A stretch of 64,000 nt of DNA from contig OU015568.1 in NCBI GenBank assembly GCA_907165135.1, forward strand, positions 9,920,001-9,984,000. The letters run 5' to 3'. The position numbers and the translations under genes were made by a program. Shown here in pieces: positions 55,016 through 64,000 of this stretch (the stretch's first letter is position 1; every line of letters starts with the position of its first letter). The DNA is from Oikopleura dioica. Taxonomy: Eukaryota > Animalia > Chordata. Under the pieces are notes generated by a model. The model saw nothing but the letters and a program-made list of their open reading frames with translations. It had not been told where the DNA came from and made no database searches.

Positions 55016-56027
55016 TTAGTCCTCTTCCTCAGTTTCGTAGTCGCTTTCTTCATCGATGATCACTTCGTTGGTCGATTGCACGACTTGCGAGCCCTGATGA
55101 AATTTGACGTTGTTTTTGTTCTCGCAAGGATGTTTCCATTCGGTGTATCCGGCAAGCATCACTTTGTGGAGACGTTCCTTCCAGTTTGGTAGGCCATCAT
55201 CAGAAGAGGGCATTGGCCAGATTTTCTTTCTTCTGAGGACTTTTCTGATTTGGTCGCTGTCAATTCCAACCAGGTTCTCTAAAAGCATAAATAAGCATGA
55301 GTATTTTATAAAGAAAAGTTTACCTTGTCCTTCGGCAGACCAGCAAGTATCATCAACTTTCCACTTTATCCAAATGCGATGATGATCGTCGGACTTGATG
55401 TAGAATTCAGTTTTCTTTTGTCCAGTCGATGTCGTGATCTGCTTCTGACCCCATTCAAGGAAAATCGGCCCGAGATACTAAATAAACAAGTTAAAAAAAT
55501 AACTAAAAACAAAATCTTACCTCAACTTCCCACTCGATTTCGGGATCATGATCCCAGATTGGAGCGTCGTCTTGAAATGATGGCTTCTCACTTTCACGAG
55601 ATTGTTTTATTGCCGGCTTCATGGGTGTTTTCTTAGGTCGTTTCTCTTCTTTGCGGCGTTGCTGCTTGCTCTGTCTTCGTTCTTTTAAGTAGTTCTTGGA
55701 TTTCTCTTGATTCTGACGGAAGCGGTGTTCCTGCTCCAGTAATTGTTGTTTTCTCTCCTCCAGTGCCTTCCGTTTCATCTCCTTTTGCTTTTGGACTCGT
55801 CGTTCTTGCTCTCTTTGTTCTTCCTCCCTTCGTCGTCGCTCCTTTCGCTCTTGCTTCAACCTCATCTTTTCTTCCAGCGCAGCTGAAGAAAGAACTTGAT
55901 GATGTTTCGTCTTGCTCTTCTTTCGTTCTTTGGGATCACTTTCTTCCAATTTGCGTTTCTTTGTCTTCAGTGGCATTGGGTTAAAAAGGTCAATCATCTT
56001 GAACTTGTTTTGGCTTGTGGGTTTCAT
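55016..56027 (-). CDS. coiled-coil + divergent chromodomain-like protein, 3 exons
   Basis: Charged coiled-coil N-half; spliced EWEVE|YLGPIF...RIWIKWKVDDTCWSAEGQ|ENL resembles chromodomain (Y/W)EVE...KWKG...TWEPEENL. Confidence 0.6.
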
Positions 56028-57381
56028 TTCGAAATGCTGTATTTTTATGCGTTTGTGATTTTATGGGTAGTGATTTGATTTCCCCTCCAGCCAATTTTAT
56101 GCCTTTCCTGGGGCGCCTCTAGGGGCGGTCTAATGCGCGCGAAATTTGGTTTGTCCCCCAGCGTGGAAACCAGCGCAGCGGGATATTTTCTCTCACCACC
56201 TGGCAGGATACGAACGCTTAGTTTACCTTCCTCTCGTTATGATTCTTTTACAGGCCATATCTGTCAAAAGTTGACGAGCGCAGAATTGAAACTGCTGCAC
56301 ATGTCTCAGGCACTTGTAAGACAACTTCAAATTTGAAAAAAGAATCAGAAGAGCTCTCGAAGAGTTTTTTACGCTAATCACTTCTCTTGATTGTCATTTT
56401 TTCAAACCAAAAGCAGTGTACGAAATAACAAAAGTATTATGCCCACAGCAACTTTTTATATCTTGACTTGTCCCAAAAAAAGGAGGACATTTGTCTGGAT
56501 GCATTGTGAACCAGTGAGGCGCAAAAGCCTTATTGCCTATACGATAAGCAAACTGCTTTTTACTAATAATAACAATGAAATCTGGGATCATATTAGCACT
56601 AAGCTCAAGGCTGAACTTTGCATGAACTTGATCAATCCCTAATTTGGCATTTTACGGCACTCGGCAGTTACGTTCAAGATTTTCCCTTTTTGGCAAAATT
56701 TCTCCCCCATCTATTTTCGAAATTTCCAGCAGCCGGGCGGGTGGCTTCAGATCTTTGCATGGGACCGAAATCGAAGTTCTGCCAAATGGTTGGTAACTAG
56801 ACAGGTGTTCAAGCCAAACGTATCCACAAAATACGCAGATGCTTTCCAACTGCCAGATAGAAATACTCCGCAGCCATAAATATTCAAAATTTATTGGAAA
56901 TAAATAAGTGGGCATCAGGTAGTTGACAGTTTATGTACAGTAGAATTCTATAATTGATGTGATGGACATTTTGTCAAGAATGGAGATGTTTTTTTCAAAC
57001 GATTCGTTTGATTGAGGACGATTTTGCCTCAGCTGTGAGAGAAGTCGAGTTCGTGTTCATACTATTGCAGTGATTGATGCTACGAGAGAGTTCATTCTAC
57101 TATCTCATGCGAATCAAGTCTGATGGAATCAACAACGATTGTTCTCGTTGATGCTCGTCTAAGGGTATCTCAAGGATTCTCGAGAATTCCTTCTCAAATA
57201 TAAGCACAAATCGGTTGATATAAATTAAAATGATTTTAGGTGTTTGATTCTCGGACTGAATTTCGTTCGAGTCCGAGCGATGTAAGCTCAGTGTCGTTCT
57301 GTGAACTCATCCTACTGTTGACTATTAACTGTGGTGCTTGAGCTGGCGGTGTAAGAAGTTTCTGTTTCTCCGACTTTTGCC

Positions 57382-58941
57382 TCAGCCAGAAGGACTTGCC
57401 CCCCGAAAAACCATCTCGGAAGGGGCGAAGCGTGAAGGCGTAAAGAATGGGATTTAGCGCCGAGTTCGAATATGCTAAAAAGGTCGCGTGAGTGAACTCG
57501 TCTTCCTTTGATCTTTACCGAGAAAGATTGCATACGGCATGGCTTTGCGAAAAAACCCATGCGCGCTATCGCTCATGTAAATTACGTCGAGAAATCCACC
57601 TAACGCCGACTGAAGCGACAAAGCCTGGAACGGCAACCAGCTAAATATGGATAGTGTTAAGCTCGAACTTGAAAGACTGAGAATCTCACCAAATTATAAA
57701 AGTAAGCACGATGAGAAATGCCAGTTTAGTTGCGCGGGATTTCCCATCTTTGCTGCCGATTAGCTTCCATTGAACAGTGTAAAGTATGGCGGCATACGAA
57801 TAGAGGATGATGCAGATCGGCCCAAAGAAGCCGAAGACACATTTTGTCAACTCGTACATCCCCATCTGAAAGAATCGTTGATTGACAGCATCGACAAATT
57901 GACTTTGTCAATGTTCGTCATTACAGTTTGAATTAATGATAACTGAACCAATCTTACCAAATTGTACCAGCGCGTGATCGATTCCTCCGAGCTAGAATTC
58001 TTTGGGAAGCTCATGCCGCAAATCGTATGATTGAACATTGGCCACGTGTCTGTTGAATAAATCGCTTCCGGAAGAGCCATGGCAAGTGAGGAGCACCAGA
58101 TTGCAATGCTTGTTACAAAAATTCCTCTTGCTTTTCGAATCCACAGAGAGGACGTCGGTCTTGTTACTGCTATCATTCGATCGACAGACAATGCGGTTAG
58201 GAAGAAAATCGAGCTAGGGAGAAGATATTAATTGCTTATTGTCAGATATTGCATCTTTTAGGTCTTTAAATCTGCAATAACGACAACAAAAAGTCATACT
58301 CTACTACCTATAGACGTTATTTACTGTGATATAGTACCTGTACATATTGACCTTGGAGACAAAACGACATATTTTGCACCAGTATGTCCCAAAAATCCAG
58401 ACGTGTTTGTGGAAATAATCGACAGCTAAATGCATTTTAAGGTCTCTTGCTGTCTTATTAAACGCCAAAAAATCACGCAAAATAGCAGCTTGGAAAATAT
58501 CCTGTCTTTCTGTGGATTCTTTTCACAAATTCAGAATGAGAACATAGCTTACCAAAGAATGGAAGGGTGCAGACAAATATCAAATCTGTTATTGCCAAGT
58601 GCCAAATATATTTGTTACTTTCGCTTTGCTTTTGTGGGGGATGCCGAGCGATGTTAGAGGAGAAAACTTGCTAGCGAACATTTAAAAAGCATCCGAGAAT
58701 CTCAAGTGCTTCCTTGTTCTCTATTTGCCAAGTTGTTTAACAACATCTACTTGAAATCCCTTTCCTGGCGTAATTTCTTATTACTTTTGAAACCATAAAT
58801 AACAATAATGTTTCCAACAGCTCCAACAGTAAAGATAATCATATACAGCGCTCCGACAAGATTGAAGAACCTAAAGAACTGTTAGCTTTCTTCTTTTTAA
58901 ATTTCTCTATACAGTGTGTTGTTGTAAAGCGGTTCAATCAT
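57382..58941 (-). CDS. class A peptide GPCR (somatostatin/opioid/galanin/chemokine-like), multi-exon
   Basis: TM1 VGAVGNIIVI, TM2 HLAITDLIFVCTLPF, WIFGTYWCK, SIFFLTALSVDRM, TM4 IWCSSLAMALP, TM5 FGFFGPICIILYSY, TM6 CWLPF, TM7 AYSNSALNPILY. GA-AG intron 58629-58764; last junctions uncertain. Confidence 0.88.
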
Positions 58942-61900
58942 GTTTGAGCATGGAAAAACGGGGAGTCAGAGCTGATCAGCTATGTTTCTTCTGACAGGTT
59001 GAAAGAAATCAGATTATCTCTTGATTAGCCCTATTCTACTTGTTCGCTTGTCCGTTTGACAAAGCGCAGAATGTCGGCGGAATTATAAATCAAAATGCTC
59101 TGCCACTCAAAATTATCATCACAAAAGTAGTTGTGCCGCCATTAAAATTCTAATTCAGCCCCCTCTCTTATGTCGAAGATCGACGGCATCACTGATTAGC
59201 CTGTCATCTCGAACCTTTCTAATAATAATACTTAAACTCGACGCTACGTAAACTGGCTATTTTTGAGGGCAAAAATTCTATTTATACTCTTTGCAACTGA
59301 ATAAAATATAGAATAAACGAAAGATGCCTCTTTTGAGCTGATTAATGCATCATATTAGCATGAACTAGATATGAATTCGGAGTATTTCTGACGTAGCTTT
59401 ATACTGCTAACCAGGTTAATTACTGTATGTTGCAGGCTAACAGTCTCTCAAAGGCGGGGAAATAAAAGATAATCCGGGTCAGTTTTCGCAAGTAAAATCA
59501 TACGATAAGAAATCAAGGCTAAAGAAGAGGTAAACTTGATTTCTCTCCGAAAATGAAAGTGAGGTTTGAGGGTGGAAAACTTGACGGCAACGAAAAAACT
59601 GGGACAATAAGTAATTATTATTAACGAAGACGCCTGTCAGCCGCGATGTTCTCAATGTGTCAAGTTTATCAAAACAATAATTATTCAGTTAATTAATAAA
59701 CTTGCTCGTTAATGATGATCTTAGAAATCGACTTGTTCAAATTCGACTTACCATTCAGGGTGGAGCTTTTGAAACGTCTTTGTTGTTGAATTCTGAAGTT
59801 CTCCGTCAATTTCAGTCATCGAGCAGTCGTCATTCTGAACATGCACTTAGTTTTATTAAATCACTTTTCTCGCACGGTCAAGCCTGGAAGTGGCACGAGC
59901 ATAATTTGATATCAAGGAGGACAATCCCCAGACAAAAGCGCGCGTCTGGATTTCAAAAACATCTCCTGTCAAGCGGAGAGGGAAATCTACCCTTGTCACT
60001 CATAAAAGCCCTTTTCAAAAGAACAGCTTCAAGCCCAGTTTAATCTTTTGTGTCCAAAAGCATCACTGTATTTTGGTATAAAATATTTAATCACTGTTGG
60101 ACAAAAAAGACCTTCAAAAATATGTTTTCACGTGGCAAAAAAATTGATTGGAGTTCGTAAAATTTCACCATGAAAATTCCTCATTTATGAATTAGCGATT
60201 ATCCAATATAACGGATTTTACCCGTAAAAATGGGGATTTCATAAGAGTAAAATACGAACATGGCAATATTCATCCATCTTAGTCCCCGTTCCGTCGACTT
60301 CAAAATCGAGCAGCTGAACGTATGTCTCTAGTCTGTTGAGAGTTATCACTCGCATTTGAAATCGGTTTCTCACTGTATCGAATAAAAAATTAATTTTTAA
60401 TGAAGCCAGCGCGAACAAGAATTCGCAAACAAGCACGCGTTCACATAACCAGCTATGATATTTGATGCATTTGGGGACTCTGCGCAGTCGACCCTTTTTT
60501 AATTTGAATTTCACGCGGATCGCTGCTTGGGCAGCCATCAGAGCTCTCTGAGCTATTAACTTTATGCATTTTAAATAAGACAATAATTCCTTGTGTATCC
60601 ACAGGCTCTCTTTCTCGCGCATCAGATCAAAGAGCGAATTAATTATTTTCGACTTCCAGCTTCTTTTTTGGGGCGCAAGTTGTCTCGCAAAGGGTTGAGC
60701 TGTTTTTCTTGGCGAACTTATTGCGTTAATTTTTAGTGAAATTCAAATTGCAAATAAAACAGTTCAAATTTGAGTCATTTTAATAAAAATCACGGACCAA
60801 GACTTCTGCAGCCTTCTCTAATAATAAAATCTGGATTTATTCCAATCAAACGTAGGCCAATCAGAATTGGCACTTTTTATGTAACTTCTAAAACTGTGGG
60901 AAAGAAATTGAAAAGACACGGCCAATGAAGCTCTCAGGCTTTCCTCGTGCATCACAAAAGTTGACTTGTCCAATTAGTTAATCCAAAAATAAGGAACTCA
61001 AGGGAATGATAACTCTTTCGCATAAAAAAAAACTCAGCATCTCATTAGGTTAAAAACTTCCTCTTCAAAGTGTCTGTAGGTTTTGAGCAGACAATGGCTT
61101 ATCCTCGGTCATTTTCGTGGATAAAAGAGCTGTTTATTTGAACGCAAAATTGAAGGACTTTTTGAAGGTCAATAAGAGTCTCTTTAATTGACGGCTCTAA
61201 CCGTTCATCGCTGAAGCAATTCCCGGAGTCTCATGATCGCAAATAAAGTTATAATTTATAACTTATAAACAAGCTAAAGGGGTAAGCTGAAGGATTTAAC
61301 TAAGGGTTAACTTTACCATCATTGCACACGGATTCGGATGCGCCATTCTGTCTCTTATTTTCTTATTTTGGAAATCTGTTTTCGTGTCTCGTTGAAATGG
61401 TAGTTTATATTTTCAGAAAAAAGGGGATGATCAATTTTAATAGGATTAGGGAGAAAGAGGAACGAAATCTATTTCCTGAGTAGAAATAAATTCGATCGAA
61501 CTGTCTAATTTGGAGCAGTCCGTAAATGTTAATGTTCCACCTTTTCGCCCTGTTCGGTCCCGGACTCACATGGCAAATGACTGGGTGATACTGTAAGCCC
61601 ATCAAATATTTAAAAGGGGAAAGTACTGAACTTGCTTGAACAGAATTTAAAAGATATTTTGGCCTGATTTCGATGAAGAAACCATGATCGAAAATTGTAA
61701 TGGAAGTTCATTAAAATTATTGGCTGTCTTAGAGACAGAACGCTGTAAGCATAACGTGGAATCACGTGCTATTGAAGATCCTTCCAGAATCTGAAAATTT
61801 AATTATTCACATGACTCTGTTTTTTGAACAACCCGTTTGGCAATAAACCAAAGTTAACTCGATAAAAACCATGGGACCAATTGCTGCATCATTCTCTTTG

Positions 61901-63671
61901 GAAAAATTTTCAAGGAACTCGTGTTTTCCCTAACTTACCGTTCTACAGCTCTTTTAATTTCTTCTTTTTACCCTGAACTTAGCGATCTCCCCTTTCTTTT
62001 TGCGACTTCCTGGTTGACTTCACTCTCTTTTCATTGAAAAATCAGTAAAGCTCCTCTTTGTACTATTTTTCTCGCTGGCGAATCTCGATCACGGCTTTAG
62101 AATTTGTGTTTGCGGCTGGCAATAAACTTCCAGTAACCACCGATCGGCAAATATTGACGCCCCTGGTTTGAAATTCTCTAGCTCTAGTTTTCAGTAACCA
62201 TCTGTTTTAGAGAGCTTTCGAAACAATCAATTTAGAACATTTTAACGTAAAAAATGTTTCAGAGGTTTCAGAGGAAGTTTTTTCTCATAGCTTGCCTTTA
62301 GGTCATGCTGCTTGATCTGCAAAAAAGGGATGAAAAAGTTAACCTTGGTCACGATGCTTTGATGGTGGATCTATCTGAAATCAATTTTTACACGATTGTG
62401 AAAAGACCTTTATCTGATTCCTGCCAAGTGTAGTGCATGTTAATTTCCTGTCAGAATATAAAACCAGGCTTATTTTTCCCACTTTCCAACCTTTATAAAA
62501 GACAGTTATGCCAGCCCTTTATTTTTAAAGAGCTAGTAATGATGAAAGTATTTTGTTTGGGCGTACCTAGTTCAAGTTTATTTGATTTCTTAGACGTCTA
62601 CAAGTTCGACTGGGCAACCGAAAAAGTTCATGAACTGAATCTAGGCTAATTGGGGAGACGATCTTGTCCTTAAATATCATTAACCCAATTTAAAAAAAGG
62701 TTGCTATGCAAAGAGCTCAAAATTTGAAATGCCTGGCATCTGCTATCCAAAACTGGGAACGTATATAATTTTCAACCATAAAAATCGATATCCAAAGTCA
62801 TCCAAAAATCTGTAGGGTCTTGAATAAAGACTTATACAGATAATGCTCTAGTAGAATATTCTTCAAAAAGTTTATTTTTTCAACGATGTAAACACTCAAG
62901 AACATTATCGAGGTTTGCGCAAGTCGGTTCATCACTACTTTTGCTACATTTCCGTGATTTCTTTGGTTTTGTGGGCACAAGTTCTTTTCTTGTAAATTTG
63001 GACTTTTTTTATGAATACATGGGGAAATGGAATTGTTGAAAAGTTTGGTTAATAGTTTCGTTTTTCGGAAGTTTTCTGATGGTCTGAGTGCGCTGCAGGT
63101 CGGTACAAATGGAAAAAGAATCAAACGAATTGGGTTAAATACAGATTTATTCGCGAAGGAAATATTGTATAAGCTAGACGAAGCAAAATGAGATATTTCG
63201 AGTTTAAAAAAAGAAGGTGAATGGCAAGGTATATTTTCAATTCGATGGCAAAACTCTGAAACTAGAGGGAACAACGACTTGTGTTTAAAATTTTGGAACC
63301 ATCGTTTTCCGTTTTTTATATAAGGCGGGTGCAAATTAGAGAGGAAAAAAGTAATAATAAAACGCAACTAACATTTTTACACATTTTTGAATTTTGTTAA
63401 TCTCACCCTCGGCCATTCGATAAGAGAGTGAACGCAATGGAATGAAGCTTGGGTAGGACGATAATTAAACTTTCAGGAAACTGATTTTAGGGGTGCGCCT
63501 GGTTAGAGGGAGTGTCGCTAAAAATCCAAATTTTTTGTAAGTGATCACTTTTCAGTGCTTGTTTTTTCAATAAATCAGGAGGAGATACATGGCTGACTCA
63601 GTCGTCTTTTCTTTCTTGAGATATTAAATTGTGATACTGAGTGATTTTGGTTTTGGACTTTTAGGACAAAA

Positions 63672-64000
63672 TTACACGTACTCGGATGGCTCGGCAGCGG
63701 GATCAGCGACATCGTCGACGACCTCGTCATCAGATACTCCGTAATCTTCTTCATCTGACGCGAGCTCCTCGACTTCTTCGTCTTGCTGTTCCACCTAAAC
63801 CCAAACAATCACGAATCAAAAATTTTCAAAATAAAACTCACGGGAACATAGACTGCGTCAGGATTGAGCCAAGGGTGCATTAAACATTCGGCGGCAGTTG
63901 CTCGTCTTGAGCAGTCTGCCTTCAGCATCGGCAGGAGAAAGCTAGCCAGCTCTTCGGCCTCAGTCTCGTCCCATTCATATTTTTCGACCAAGACATCCTT
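63672..64000 (-). CDS. SRPK: 3' end of SR-protein kinase
   Basis: VEKYEW...ASFLLPML...RRATAAECLMHPWLN is the SRPK C-lobe signature; acidic last exon ends PSEYV* (stop 63672-63674). Confidence 0.88.

Noticed and set aside
56300-57200. Short ORFs and stop-interrupted coding-like text
   Set aside because: No recognisable family to justify a pseudogene call.
59700-63400. ORFs at 59702, 60239, 61405, 62437 and 62798 (189 aa) and scattered splice-like sites
   Set aside because: Composition looks like AT-rich non-coding or repeat-derived DNA; no motif and no coherent exon chain.

Overview
Gene-dense eukaryotic DNA. Most introns are about 35-60 nt, several introns are GA-AG or GC-AG, and unpaired splice acceptors sit just before many ATGs. 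This combination points to an appendicularian tunicate such as Oikopleura (inference). I reconstructed about 25 spliced genes by hand. These include the 3' end of a CNKSR/IPCEF1-like gene, RFC1, DHX15, NOL9, beta-tubulin, a FERM protein, a trypsin-like protease, a Tctex1-domain protein, a membrane-anchored lipase, a p67phox/NOXA1-like protein, a GH31 (MYORG-like) glycosidase, a PLAC8 protein, a chromodomain-like protein, a peptide GPCR and the 3' end of SRPK. At least five MITE-like elements have readable termini. Most notable: (1) a giant Ig / Ser-Gly / ~34 EGF / C-type lectin / 4 Sushi / basic-tail protein laid out like a lectican without Link modules; (2) a DHX15 intron that is essentially a MITE, with GC...TG ends as assembled; (3) a spliced mini-gene derived from the RFC1 3' end; (4) a secreted protein ending in a catalytically dead sPLA2 domain; (5) two TTAA-flanked elements stacked inside a palindrome; (6) a p67phox-like protein without SH3 domains that carries the equivalent of V204A. 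Exon boundaries and family calls come from reading and remembered consensus sequences, not from database searches.
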